A stretch of DNA of 64,000 bases from Rebecca billardiae RCC1528. Lineage: Eukaryota; Protista; Haptophyta. Both the position numbers and the translations under genes were made by a program. The notes beneath the pieces were generated by a model. That model saw only the letters and a list, made by a program, of their open reading frames with translations. It did not search any database and was not told the origin of the DNA. Positions 15,459 to 27,800 of the stretch are shown here, piece by piece; within the stretch, counting starts at the first letter, position 1; each line of letters begins with the position of its first letter. The stretch covers positions 496,001 to 560,000 of the forward strand of contig OZ251253.1 in NCBI GenBank assembly GCA_965240325.2. The letters are read 5' to 3'.

Positions 15459-16313
15459 CAGCAGGGGTCATCCGATCCCCACGCTCGTCTGCTGAAGCTA
15501 CGACCGCGGACTCCGCGCTGCCGAACTGCTCGTCCGCACTGGCTTACGGCCGCAGGCTGCGGCCTGCGGTGACCTGCTACTGGATATTATATATATGCCC
15601 ACGTACTACGGCGCGACGACAATGGCATGCCGCACTTCGGGTGCCCGCGGAAGCGACGACATGCGCGGTGCTGCCAGTCCGACGCCGCGCGCGGCCGTGT
15701 CACTGCATCGTAACCGCGGGTCCCGGCCTGAAATCTGAATCGCATTGCAATAGGAGCTGCATGACGAAGCAGAATCGAATTACCGCCGACCGTGCTCGGT
15801 GCTGCTCGGCTGTAGTAGTGGCCGCGTGACTGCTCTCTACTTATATTGTTGCAGAGTCATCATCATCATCGAAGACGAACTTATATAGAAGCCGCCTAAT
15901 GCTGGCTGCTGCTTAGCTGGCCGAGTTTATACATCGGCAGGGCGGCTCCGAGGCGCGGCCGCCAGGCGCCACGGGGCGGGCCGCTGGCGTGCGCGGGCTG
16001 ACGCGGGCCGGGGCGCGGCCCGCGCCCGCCGGGGCTGCCCGGGCCTCAGCACGGCCGCGCTTCGGTCCGCCGCGGGCGGCCGGTGGGCGCCACCCGCACC
16101 AGAATGACCGATCGGATCGGTTTCTGGGAACGTGACGCGTGAGCCGGCCTATACGGCGAAGCGGTGTGCTGATTGCGGCTGCTGCGCTGATGCATGCTGA
16201 CTGCGCCGCGCGGATCGGGCTCAGGCCGATCGAAACATGCCGGGCCGGCGACGTCGTCGCAGTCGTCGGCGAAGTACACTCCGGGACTGACTCCACGGTG
16301 CAGCACGCTGCGC

Positions 16314-17884
16314 CTACTGCACGGCCTGCGATGCGCAGGAGGTGGCGCCGCCGCCCCCGCCGCCTTTGTTGCCGCCCTCGACACCGCCGCTGGGCTGCAC
16401 CCTGCCTCCACCGCCGGCGACCTCTCGCAGCTGGGGGCGCTTCTCGGCGCTGTGGCAGCACTGCGGGCGCGGCAGGGCGCGGTGACGACAGCACGGTGGC
16501 GGGGCGGGGCGGCGCGTGGCTGCGATGTCTGGCCGGTTGGGCGCGGCTGCGCACGCGGCGCGACCCCCGAGCTGCCACCACCAGCACCGCCCGGCGCGCG
16601 GCCACGCGCGCGCACGATGCCCGCGTGGCACACGCAGCACGCGTGCATGATCAGCGCAAATGCCGCGCCGATGCACAGGAGGCCGCCGATGAGGAAGCCC
16701 GTCGGGATGTGCAGGCAGATGGCGTCGACCGTGTCGTCGCACCCGCACGCGCACTGGTCCTCGCCCGGAGGGCTGAAGCAGTAGATGTCGCCCGCCTCGA
16801 GCCCGTCGCAGAAGAGCTGCGCCCGGCCGGCACCGGAGGGCGCAGGCGGGGAGCGTACCGCGTCGCGCGAGGGACACGCGGTGCGCGGGCAGGCGGGGTG
16901 CGAGGGACACACGGTGCGAGGGCAGGCGGGGTGCGAGGGACACACGGTGCGCGGGCAGGCGGGGTGCAGCGGCAGAGGAGGGAGGGGACGCCCGCACAGC
17001 GACCGCGCACGAGTGCATCCGCGGGGCAAGGCCGACGCAGGCGGTGCGCGCAAGGCACTCGGGGCGGCGCAGCACAGGACCGCCGCGGAGGCCGCCGCAG
17101 CACAGGGCGCAGGGGCACAGGGCGCGGGGGGCAGAGAGGCGCACCGGGAGAAACGCGTTGGCAAGCGCCGTGCACTGCGAGTGTCCGGTCGAGTCTGCAG
17201 ACTCCCACTGGAAGACGGAGCTGCAGAAGTCGGAGAGCAGCGCGTGCGCAGCCACGCCGACGCCGAACACCGCCAAGGTGATCAAGCCGCCCGCGCTCGA
17301 GCAGCACATCGTCGCCTGGGCCACAGCGCGCGCGCGCGGGCGCAGGCGCGGTCACACCTGCCGGCCGGGCACCTCGCGCAGCGGTGATGCGCGCGCAGCG
17401 GCCGCTGGGAGCATCGCGCGCGGCCGCCGGCGCGCGCACAGTCAGCCCACTGACGGAGCTCTTTGCGCTCGCGCACATGCCCGACACGCCGACGAGGCCG
17501 AGCCAGATGCCCAGGATCGTCATGCCGATGCCAGCCACTGTCAACGCCCTGATCACCAAGTTGCGCATTTCATAGTAGCTCGCTGCGGCCGCGGGGTGGC
17601 GGGCGAGGGCGGGCGGGCGCGTGCGCTGCTCGGAGGCGGATGAACGCGTGGTGCGCCAAGAAGCGCTGGCGCGTCCGGCGCACACCTGACTGCGCGTCCT
17701 CGCCGTAGCACGAGATCATCGCGTCCTCGCACGACGACTGCGCGTACTTCTCGACCTCGCCGACGAAGATCACGCCGAAGAGGAAGACGCCGAAGCCGAG
17801 GAGGACGGTCAGGGCACCCGAGCGCCAGGCCCAGATGATGTTGGAGACGGGGTTCTCACCGGCGGCCTTGGAGCCGAGCGGCAT
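16314..17884 (-). CDS. Four-transmembrane, Cys-rich protein (tetraspanin-like topology); exons 17884-17686, 17582-17440, 17315-17145, 16816-16616, 16460-16314 (~286 aa)
   Basis: Four GT-AG introns give a continuous frame. It has four hydrophobic helices, a Cys-rich loop between TM3 and TM4 (FCSS...QCTA...LFCDG...YCF...QCACGCDDTVDAIC) and a juxtamembrane Cys cluster (HACCVCHAGICCH). Confidence 0.7.
16866..16966. repeat. Three-copy ~33-bp minisatellite in intron 3 of the four-TM gene
   Basis: gcgagggacacacggtgcg(c/a)gggcaggcggggt repeated three times. Confidence 0.8.
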
Positions 17885-18153
17885 GGCGGGCGGCGCGCGA
17901 ATCGGAAGGGGTGAGCTGCTTGCGCAGGTACTACTGTAGTAGGACGGAATGGCCGGCGATCTGCCGGCCGAGCCGCACGGCGCACGGCCGCCTAACCAAG
18001 GGCCTTGGCCTAATAACTAACGGCCATCAAGCGCAATTGTTCATTGACCGAGCGGATCAGAGCGGCATCGATGCAAGCTCATCGCGACAAACCGCCACAT
18101 GTGTAACGAAATCCGAGCCGCCGGAACAAGAATCGTCGGTCCAGGCCCGGACG

Positions 18154-19359
18154 ATGCGCGGCCTGGCGCCCGCGCGCGCGGCGTCCGCCGCCGCCGGACG
18201 CTGGTGCCGGCATCGCGCTGGCACACGCCGCGCGGCGTCGACCCTGCCGCACGAGCCCATCGCCCCGCACTTTGGCGCGCGCGTCCCGCGCGCCGCGTTC
18301 GACCTCGCCACCTGCTCTGCCGCCGAGCTGCGGCGGCTGAGCGCGCTCGTCTACGCGCGCGGCCTTGTTGTGCTCGAGGGGCAGGAGCGGTGCGCGCCCG
18401 AGGACGAGCTGCGCCTCGCGCGCGCGTTCAACCACACGCAGGACGACGCGTCGACCAGCTACACCGGCGGCGCCGCGCCGCAGCACAAGCTCCCGCCGCC
18501 GCTGCAGGACGTGGCCGTGATCGGCAGATTCGATCTCGCCGGGTACCACGGGCTCAGCGCGCGCTCGGAGGGCGTGTACACGGGCTGGCGGGGCGAGCAG
18601 CGCGCGTGGCACTGCGACGGGCTCGCCGACACGTGGCCGCCCCCGGACATCACGCTGATGCGCTGCGTCGCCACGCCGGCGCGCGGCGGCGACACCCTGT
18701 TTGCGTGTGCGCGCGCCGCGGCCGCGCGCGTCGCCGACGCGCTGCTGCCGTCCGACCCGGACCCCGAGCTGGTGCGCATGCAGTACCGGCTGGCGAGCGA
18801 GTACGGGGTGCAGCCGCACGGGCTCTCGCTCAGCTGGGCGCGCGGCACCAAGGCCGAGCACACCTCCGACGTCAACGCCGCGCACGCCGGCACGGAGGTC
18901 CCACTGGTGATCCGTGAGGCTGAGAGCGGTGCGCGCGCGCTCGTGTCCACGTATCATGCCCACGGCGCGGTGGTGATGGCGGCGGACGGCTCGGGGCGCG
19001 TGGCGTCGACGCTGGGCTTCGACGAGGCCAACGCGTTCCTCGCGCGCGCGTGGGCCCCCGGCGTCGCCGACGGCCTCGTGCACGCGCACGCGTGGCGCGT
19101 GGGCGAGATTGCAATCTGGTCGAACCGGCTCGTGCTGCACTCGGCGACCGCGCTGCCGCCGGGGCCTGAGGCGCGTGTGCACCACCGCGTGCGGCTGCGC
19201 GCGGCGCCGACGCACGCGCCACGCGCGTGGCGCGCGGCGGCGCACGCGTCGCGCGAGGGCTGGCTGCAGCCGGCGGCTGCGCCTGGCGGCTCGGCGGCGC
19301 CCGTGACGCAACGGAGCGGCGCGGCGTCCGCAGCCTGGGCAAGGGTGTCTTGGGAGTGA
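18154..19359 (+). CDS. TauD/TfdA-family Fe(II)/2-oxoglutarate dioxygenase, probably with an organellar transit peptide
   Basis: PIAPHFGARV, GLVVLEGQ, WHCDG (HxD), GGDTLFA, HAWRVGEIAIWSNRLVLHSAT (distal His) and RVHHRV. The N-terminus from ATG 18154 is Arg/Ala-rich and lacks acidic residues. Confidence 0.88.
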   Translation: MRGLAPARAASAAAGRWCRHRAGTRRAASTLPHEPIAPHFGARVPRAAFDLATCSAAELRRLSALVYARGLVVLEGQERCAPEDELRLARAFNHTQDDASTSYTGGAAPQHKLPPPLQDVAVIGRFDLAGYHGLSARSEGVYTGWRGEQRAWHCDGLADTWPPPDITLMRCVATPARGGDTLFACARAAAARVADALLPSDPDPELVRMQYRLASEYGVQPHGLSLSWARGTKAEHTSDVNAAHAGTEVPLVIREAESGARALVSTYHAHGAVVMAADGSGRVASTLGFDEANAFLARAWAPGVADGLVHAHAWRVGEIAIWSNRLVLHSATALPPGPEARVHHRVRLRAAPTHAPRAWRAAAHASREGWLQPAAAPGGSAAPVTQRSGAASAAWARVSWE

Positions 19360-19686
19360 CGTACGATCCTGCGCCTGCGCGTGTGCGCCCCGCCCCGACG
19401 GCACCGGAGGTGCTCGATGGCGGCCAGTGTGTGCGCAGTGCACCAGCTGGCGCGTGTGTCGCCCGCCGGCGTGCCGAACGAACCCCGCGTGGACGTGGTG
19501 CAAGCCCGCGCGGCTCGCCACACGCCGGCCGCGGCCGCGGCCAGCACCTAGCTGTGCGGCAGCTGCCAGTGGCAGCGCCAGCTGGCAAGCTGAGCGGCAG
19601 CAGGACTCAGCCGGACTCACAAGTGTACCGTGCAACAGCGGGCCGATTCCCGCCCGTCGGCCCTCGCCCCGGCACCGCGCGAGCAA

Positions 19687-21759
19687 ATGGGCGACGCCGC
19701 GGCGGCCGACGGGCTCGCCGCGCTGATCGGCCGGGCGAGCGACGCGCTGAGCTCGGCCGTGCGCAACGCCGCCGCCGTGGGCATCGCCGCCGGCGCGCTC
19801 GGCGTCTGCGTCGTCGGGCTGCGCGCGTGGCATGAGCGCTCGCAGCGCGCGGCGCTGTCGGCGCTGCGTCCGCTCACGCTCCCTGACGCGTACCTCGAGG
19901 CGCGCAGCCCGTCGAGCGAGGCCGCGGTTCGCGCGGCGATCTGCGCCGCCGCCGGCTCCGCGCAGCTGCTCGTCGTCGTCGCGCCCGAGCCGCTCCACGC
20001 TCGCGGCGTCGTGTGCGCAGCCGCTGCGTCGATCGAGGCGGAGCGGCGGAGCGCGGCGCTGCGCGGCGGCGGCGGCGGAGGGCGCGCGCTCAGCGCGTGG
20101 CGGATCAGCCTGGCGGAGAGCAACATACTCGACCTGCGCTCCTTCGTCGAGCGCTTCGCGCCGCACGCCACCGGCACCGTCGCGCTCGCCGCCGCGCGCG
20201 TGCTGCGCAGCGCGCAGCGCACGCTCGCGGGCGCGGCCGGCGAGGAAGGCGGCGGCGGCGATGGCGGCAGCGTCGACGCGGAGGAGGCGGGACCGGCGCG
20301 CGCGTCGAGCCCGGCGCACGTGCGCGCGTACCTCGAGCAGGCCGGCGCGGACGAGAGCCGCGTGCTCTCGCTCGTCGGCGACGTGCTCACTATGAACCTC
20401 GCGCGCCTCTCGACGAGCGCGCGCGGCGGCGCGGCGGGCGGCGCGGCGGGCGGCGGCGGCGGCCGGTGGTGGCGGCGGCGGCGAGCGGCGGCGCAGCCGG
20501 CCGGCGCGGCGCGGCGCGTGCGCGAGCTCCTCTTCATCGACGGCCTCGAGCGGATGGGCATGCTCGCGTGCGCCGAGGCGTCCGGCTCCGAGCCCCTCGG
20601 CCGCCGAGTGCTCGGGCTGTACTTGGCTTACTTACTCGATCACGCGGCCGCGCCGGCGCGCGCGGTCGTCGTGTCCGCGTCGTCGCCGTTCGTGTACGAG
20701 CAGCTGTGCGGGCTGATGGCGGCGGGGCGCGCGCGCGCGGTGCACCTGGGCGAGGCCTCGCGCGACGACGCCGCGCGCGCCTTCGCCGTCATGGCCGCCG
20801 CCTCCGGCAACCCCGCCGCCGTCGACGCCGCCGGCGGGTTCGATGTCGCCTTTGCCACCGTCGGCGGTCGGCTTGCCGACTTGGCGGCGTTCGCGCGGCA
20901 CGCGGCGAGCGGCGCGCTGCCGGCGCTGCCGCCGTCGGCGCCGGCGCGGCTGGGCTCGGCCGCGGGCGCGCGGCCGCGCGCCGACTTCCCCGGCAGCTGC
21001 GCCGTCGAGCGCTGGCTGGAGGCCGCCATCGTGAGCCCGCCGCCGCCGGGCCCGGGCCGTGCGGTCGAGGCGGACGCTTGCGGCGCGATGCCCGTCGACG
21101 GCGCCGTCGCGCGCGGCGGCTGGAGCAGCGCGCAGGCGGCGGCGGTGCTGCGCGCGCTGGCCGAGTCGGCCGACGGCGCGCTGTCGCGCGCGCAGGCGCT
21201 CGGCGCGCTCGGCGCCGACGAGGACGCGCTCCGCGCGATGCTCCGCCACCGGTTGCTTCACTTCCGGCCGCAGTCGCCGCTGCAGGCGTGCTGGGATGCG
21301 CCGCGCAACGCGCGCGCCGATCTGGTGTGCCTGCCGCGCCCGCTGCAGCTGCAGGTGCTGCGCTCGGCGCGCGCGGGGCGCGGCGAGGGGCGGCTCGGCG
21401 CGCTGCTCGGCGTGGCGCTCGACTTCGCCTCGCCGCACCCGGGCGGCCGCGCGGGCTACTCGCCGCCGCTGCAGCTGAGCGCGCCCTCGCCCTCAGACTC
21501 CTCCTCCCTCGCCTCGGCGCGCGGCAGCCCCGGCGCGGGCGGCGCGGGCGGCAGCGGCGCCGCCCGAGGCGGCAGCCATCAGAAGTGGCAGGGCACGCCG
21601 CCGTCGGCCACGTCCAGCCGCTCGGCAGGCGGCGGCGGCGGCACCGCGGGCAGCGCGAGCAGCGGCGGGCGCAGCGGCACGCTCGCGCTCAGCAGTGCCG
21701 CCGGTGGCGCAGTGCGCACGTCGTCGCCGCTCGCGGCGGCGGTGGCCGCGACGAGCTGA
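19687..21759 (+). CDS. Single-TM P-loop/AAA-like protein with C-terminal winged helix (Yme2/RNA12-like), Walker A degenerate
   Basis: N-terminal TM, then Walker-B-like ELLFIDGLE, VHLGEASRDDA, FATVGGRLADL, and WSSAQAAAVLRAL...ALRAMLRHRLLHFRP. The family resemblance is from memory. Confidence 0.55.
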   Translation: MGDAAAADGLAALIGRASDALSSAVRNAAAVGIAAGALGVCVVGLRAWHERSQRAALSALRPLTLPDAYLEARSPSSEAAVRAAICAAAGSAQLLVVVAPEPLHARGVVCAAAASIEAERRSAALRGGGGGGRALSAWRISLAESNILDLRSFVERFAPHATGTVALAAARVLRSAQRTLAGAAGEEGGGGDGGSVDAEEAGPARASSPAHVRAYLEQAGADESRVLSLVGDVLTMNLARLSTSARGGAAGGAAGGGGGRWWRRRRAAAQPAGAARRVRELLFIDGLERMGMLACAEASGSEPLGRRVLGLYLAYLLDHAAAPARAVVVSASSPFVYEQLCGLMAAGRARAVHLGEASRDDAARAFAVMAAASGNPAAVDAAGGFDVAFATVGGRLADLAAFARHAASGALPALPPSAPARLGSAAGARPRADFPGSCAVERWLEAAIVSPPPPGPGRAVEADACGAMPVDGAVARGGWSSAQAAAVLRALAESADGALSRAQALGALGADEDALRAMLRHRLLHFRPQSPLQACWDAPRNARADLVCLPRPLQLQVLRSARAGRGEGRLGALLGVALDFASPHPGGRAGYSPPLQLSAPSPSDSSSLASARGSPGAGGAGGSGAARGGSHQKWQGTPPSATSSRSAGGGGGTAGSASSGGRSGTLALSSAAGGAVRTSSPLAAAVAATS

Positions 21760-21986
21760 TTCATCAGCCGTGCAGCTCGGCCGATGATGCAGAGGGCATG
21801 ACGACGGCGATACATATATATATATATATATGCATATGATGATGTAAATAATAAGACCGACGATGACTGCGCTGCTGATGATCCGCGCTGCCGGCGGCCG
21901 GGCCGGCATAGCCATCGTCAGCCGTGAATATAGTTGTTATAACCGTCAGGCGCTGCGGCTGATGGCATACTCACACACGCCCCGCC

Positions 21987-24827
21987 CTAATAGTCCTCGT
22001 CCTCGTCCTCGTCGTAGTCCGTGCCGGAGCGCGACGAGCCGTCCGAGTCGTCGGTCTCGCTCTCCTCCTCGTCGGGGCGGCGCGTGCGCACCTGCTCGTC
22101 CGCGTCCGTGTACAAGTTGTCGAGGTCGATGCGGTCTGAGTCGAGCTCGTGGATGCGGAGATCGCGATCTCGGCGGCCGCGGCCCGGCCGGCGCGTGTCC
22201 GCGGGGTGCTCGGCCGCGGCGGGGCGGCGGCGCCCCGGGCTGGGCGGCGCGGCGTCGTCCGCGCCCTCCGCGCCGCCCTCGCCCTCCGCGCCGTCGCCGT
22301 CGCCGTCCGCGCCGCCGCCATTGTTCTGCTCCCAGGTGGTGGCGATGGCGCGGACCATCGCGTCGCCGCGGCCGCCGTCCGCCGCCGCCCACTTGCGGAG
22401 GAGCGAGAGCGGCGGCTCGAGCCCGTGGTGCGCGCGGTGCGGGTCGGCGCCTGCGCGCGCCGCGGCGCAAGCGTGGCGGCGCGACGGGGCACCGCGTGAG
22501 CGAGCGCGCGCGCGCGCGCGCGCGCACCCGCCGCCGCCTCGCGGGCGGCCGCGCCTGCGGCCCTGGCGGCGCGCGGCGCGGCGGCGCGCGCTCGGCGCAG
22601 CGCGCACCGGCGGTGACGAGGGTGAGGGCCGCGTCCGCCCAGCCCTTGGAGCACGCCATGTGCAGCGGCGTGCGCATCGATGCAGAGAGCGCCTCGACGG
22701 CCGCGCCTGCGCGCGCGGCGCGCGGCGCGCAGCGCGCGCGCGTGAGGCGCGCGCGCGCGCACGGACGGCGCGCGCGCTCGGCGCGTGCGGCGCACCGGCG
22801 TCGATGAGCCTGGAGACGATGGCGGTGTGCCCCGCGGCGGCGGCGGCGTGGAGCGGCGTGCACTTGGTGCGCAGCCCGCGCCGGTCCGTCAGCTTGCGCT
22901 GCACGCCCGTCGGGTCGTCCTCGCCGCGCTCGAGCAGCAGCAGCCGCCCCGACGAGAGCAGCTGCGCCGCGCGCGGCTCCGACGCGCCGCCGCCGCCGCC
23001 GCCGCCACCGAACCGGCGCGCCGCGGCCGCGCCCGGCGTGGTGGGCCGGCTCGCGCCGCCCAGCGGCGCGGAGCCGCGCGTCTCGCCGCGCGTGAGCGCG
23101 CGGCCGAGCTTGCCGCCCGGCGTGGTCGGCCTGCTCGCGCCGCCCGCCGTGCCGCGCGTCTCGCCGCGCGTGAGCGCGCCCGCCGCGCCGGTCGCGCGCT
23201 CGCGCTCGCACAGCCGCGCCTCCTCCGCGGCTGCTGTGAGTAGCAGCTCGAGCGCTGGCTCGGAGCCGACGAAGGCGGCGGCGTGGAGGAGGGCCTCGCC
23301 GGGCGGCGCGCCGCCCATCTCCTCGGTGGAGAGCCGCTCGTGCCGCCAGTGGCACAGCTGCATCGGCAGGTGCCCGTCCGCCGAGCCGACGATGTCGGCG
23401 ACCGCGGCCGCGTCCCGCACTATCAGCGCCGCCCACAGCTCTGCGGCGGTGCGGTCGGCGGCGGCGCGCAGCTCGTCGAGCCGCTCCTTCATCTCGTCGA
23501 GGTCGTCGGCGGGGGCGTCGAGGTGGCGCTCGGCGAGCGGCGCGCGGAAGTGGCGCGGCGCCGCCGCCACCGCGTCCTCCAGCAGCATGCGCTTGAACAC
23601 CGCCGCCTCGCCCGCGATCGCCTCCTGCGAGAGGACTCGGTTGTGCATCGAGAGCGCGCGCACATAGCACGCGTCGTAGTCGACGTCGTCGTCGTCGCGC
23701 CGTTCCTTTGAGTAGAGGAGGGCCACGCGCCCCTTGAGCGCGAACTGGCCGTCCTTGGCGACCTTGGGGTTGGTCACCTCGAGCGCCTGCTCGCCGTCCA
23801 CGTACGCGCGCAGCATGTTCGCCGACGAGTCGACGGTCACGGTGAGCACGTGCCACGTGCGGTCGGAGAGCGCCGGCGCGTCCGCGTCGCCAAATTCCTT
23901 CAGCGTGCCGACGTGGCCGTCACCGTCAACGCGCAGCTGCGCCTCCTCGTCGTTCTCCTTGGCGGCCGCCCACTTGTCCCAGCCGGCGGTGGAGAGCAGG
24001 TTGCGCGAGCGCGCGTCGAGCAGCTTCACGTGCATCGCCAGCGTGAACTGGTTGAGGTGCGTGCCTGCGCGCGCACAGCGCCGCGCGCGCGCGCGCGCGC
24101 GGGCGGGCGGGGGCGCGGGGCGCGCCGGGCGGCGGAGCGCCGGGCGGCGGAGCGGGCGCAGAGGTCAGGGCGAAGGCCGGCCGCGCAGCCAGCCCGCCGG
24201 CGGGGCGGCGGGGGCGGGGGTGAGGGCAGCCGGTGGGCCGGGGGGGGGGGGGGGGGGCGAGCGCGGCGCCCACGAGAGCGCGCGCGAGCCCGCGCCCGCC
24301 CAGCCCTCGGCCACGCGCCCGCCCGCGCGCGAGCGCGCCGCCGCGCGCTCGGCCGTGCCTGCCGCGCGGCGCACGCCCGCGCGCGCTCGCGCGCGTGAGG
24401 CGCGCACCGTTGCCGTTCTTGCGGAAGGGGACGCGGAGGACGAGGAAGGTGGAGGGCCAGCACTTGAGGCAGCGCAGCCCGCCCGTGCGCGCGTACACCC
24501 ACTTGCCCCGCCCCTCCACCCACCCCGGCCCGCCGTCCTGCGTCCCCACCTGCCCGCGCGAGAAGTCGTAGAAACTCGAAGTGCGAGTCGTGCGCGGGTT
24601 GGCCGCTGCCGCGCGCCGCGTCTGGCGCATCCACGCAAAGTCCGAGTCGACCATCTGCGACTCGAGCCGGGCGGTGGCGTCGGCGACGAGCTGGCGCTCC
24701 GACTCCTCGAGCGCCGTCTCGGTGCGCCGCTCCGCCTCCATCGTCCTGGCGAGCAGCGCGGCCAGCTCCGCCTCGCCCTTGGGCGCGATCTTGGAGGCTT
24801 GGCGCGCGAGCGCGCCGCCCGGCCGCG

Positions 24828-24858
<31 letters not shown>

Positions 24859-27800
24859 GCCGTCGCCGCCGCCGCCCGACGCGCCGCTCTCGGCGTGGCC
24901 GAGGTGGATCGCCTCGGCCTCCTCGGGCGAGACCAGCGCGTCGATGAAGTCCGCGTACCTGCAGCGCGCGGAGGTGCGGCGGGCGGGGCGGAGCGCGCGC
25001 GCGCGCGGGCACGCGGCGGGTCGGCAGTTGGCGCGGCTGCTCTCGAGAGCGCGGTTGGTGCGTGTGCAGCGGCGCAGCGCGGCCGGCTGGGTGGCCGACT
25101 GGCGCGGACGGCGGCCACGGCGAGCACGGCTGCCAGCTCGCGCGCAGTCGCAACGCCCGCCCCCCCCGTGCGTGTGCGCCCTGTGCCCGCGCCACGCTGC
25201 CCGGCGGCACGCGCCACGCCGCCCGCGCCACGCCGCCCGCGCCGCGCCGCGCCGCCCGGCGCCGCCCGCCCGCGCGTGCGCCGCACGTGAGGTGTCCCGC
25301 CGCCGTGATCGATCGGACGAAGAAGAGAATGTCCGCGGGCGAGACGTCGGGCACGTCGAGCCAGTCGAGCGCGCCCCACACCTCCGCGGGCGAGAGGATC
25401 CCGTTCTGGTCCGCGTCGAACTTGGTGAACGCATCTGTTGCGGCGCGCGCGAGCACGCACGCGCGCGCGCCACGCGCGCACGCACACGCGCGCGCCACGC
25501 GCGCGCGAGCGCGGCGGCGGCGCGGCGGCGGCGGTGGGACGACGTGGTGAGCCGCGGCGCGACGGGGGCGGCGTGGCGTGCGACGGCGGCGGGCGGCGCG
25601 GAGCGAGGGCGCGCGCGGCCGCGTCGGCAGCGCCGGCCGTGCGGCGCGCCGCGCGCACCGTGCAGCATGAGTCCCTTTGCCTTGATCGCCTCTCGCACGC
25701 GCACCGCCTGCGCGCGCTGCTTGAGCAAGCTCCACTCGTCCTCGAGGGTGAAGAGCTTGGCGAGCGGCGTCTGCTCCCAGCGCTTGGACATGCGGCGGCG
25801 GCACGCGAGCGTCATCGAGAACCAGATGCGCCGGCGCGCGGGCTCGGCGGGGATCGAGCGCAGCAGCAGGTTCAGCTCTGCTGGCGTGAAGTGCATCGAG
25901 CAGTCGATGAAGCGGCAGCAGTTGTGCGCCGCCGCCGCCTGGTAGTCGAGAGGCGGCCGCCAGCCCGCGCTCGCGTCGAGCACGGTGTCCTGCGCGCTCA
26001 CGCAGCGGAGGGCGACGGCGCAGTCCGCGCCGGGGACGAGCGCCTCGCCGCGCGCCTGGCGCAGGTGCAGCGCGCAGCGCAGCGTCTCCGCCTCCGCGAG
26101 CGAGAGCACCACGCGCTGCCGCCCCGCCTCCTCGCGCCGAAACTCGCCAGAGGTGAGCACGCGCGTCAGCTGCTCGAGCGTGAGCGCGCGCCCGCCGCGC
26201 CGCCCGCCGGCGGTGCCGGCGCTGCCGGCCGCGCGCGCGCCCGTCGCGGGCGGCGAGGCGGCGGCGGCGCCGTTGGCGGCGCGCGCGCCGCCCGCGCGCG
26301 CGCCGCGCCCGAACGGCCACCAGCCGCCGCCGCTGCCCGTCGAGCCGCCAGAGTCTGAGCCCGCGCCGCCGCCGCCGCCGCCGCCGTCGTCTGGCCCGCC
26401 GCCGCCCGCGCCGCCGCCGCCGCCGCCGCCGCCACCGCCGCCGGCGGAGCGCAGCAGCTGCTGCAGCTCGGGCTCGGAGAGCGCGATGTCCTCGGCGGAG
26501 CGAAGCGCCTCCACCACCTCCGCCACCTCAAACTGCCCCGAGCCGTCCACGTCAAGCAGTCGCAGCGCGTTCCGCAGCTTGGCCGCCTGGCGCTCGCTCA
26601 GCTCGGAGCGGCGCGGCGGCGCGGGCCGGAGCTGGGCGAGGGAGGGCACCCAGTCGAGCGCGCACACGACGTTCTTGAGCCGGCGCTCGCCCACCCAGTG
26701 CAGGTCGAAGTAGTTGCGCGCGATGTGCAGGTGCGCGGGGAACGGCAGCGCCGATCGCGAGTACAGCCGGAACTGCGAGGCCGGGTAGAAGACACCCGAG
26801 GAGAACGGCTCGGACGCGGACGCGAGCGCCGACAGCGGCCAGCGGCGCGGCTCCTCGCCTGCCGCGTGCGAGCGCGCGGGGCGCGGGGCGGCGGCGCGCG
26901 AGGGCGCGCGCGCGCGCGCGCGGGGCAACGGGCGGGCGCGTGTGGGCACACGCACGCGCCGCCTGTGCGCGCGCGCGCAGAGAGAGCAGGCCGCCCCGCG
27001 CCCTGTGCGCGCGCGGCCGGCCCTCGCTGCCCCGTCCCGTCGCGTGCGCGTGCGCGTGCGCGTGCGCGTGCGCCGCACGCACGGCGCCGCCCCGCCGCCC
27101 GCGTGCCGCGTGCATGCGCGTGTACGCGCGCGCGCGTGCGCGTGCGCGTGCGCCGCGCGCACGCACCGTCGCGCTGATACGCGAGGTCGGCGTAGCGCTC
27201 CATCTCGATCTCCTGCTCCTGCTCCTGGTCGCGCTCCTTCTCCGCCTCCTGCTCGCGCATCTGCTCCGTCTCGATGGCGGAGACGCCCTCCGAGGAGGCG
27301 ACGGACTGCGGGGGCGCGGGGCGGAGGAGGGAGGCGCGCGGCGTCGGCCGAGGGCAGCGCGCGCGCGGCGGCCACGCGCACGGGCACGCGCACGGGCACG
27401 CGCGCGGCGCGAGCGAGCGCGCGCGCTCGCTCGCGCGCGCGCGGCGCCGCGCTGCTCGGTGCTCGGCGCTCGCACCTTGAGAACATTCTCAACGACGGCC
27501 TCGTCCGCCTTGGTGCGGATGAAGTCGACGAAGCCGTCGCGCCGCTCGGCGAGCACCTCGACGTACTGCCGCGGCATCGGAAGTGTCTCGGAAACTTCCG
27601 TGTCCACGTCCTCGATGAAGACGTCGAGCGCTCGGCCGAGCGTGTCGCGCGTCTCGACCGAAGAGCGGCGGCCGCGCGCGCCGCCCGCGGCGGCGCCGCC
27701 GGAGGGCTCGCGCGAGGCGGGCCTGCTCCCGCCCGCGCCCGCGTGCGCCACGCGCGCGTTCACGGAGAGAGACAGCTCGCCCGTGCGGCGCGAGGCGGCG

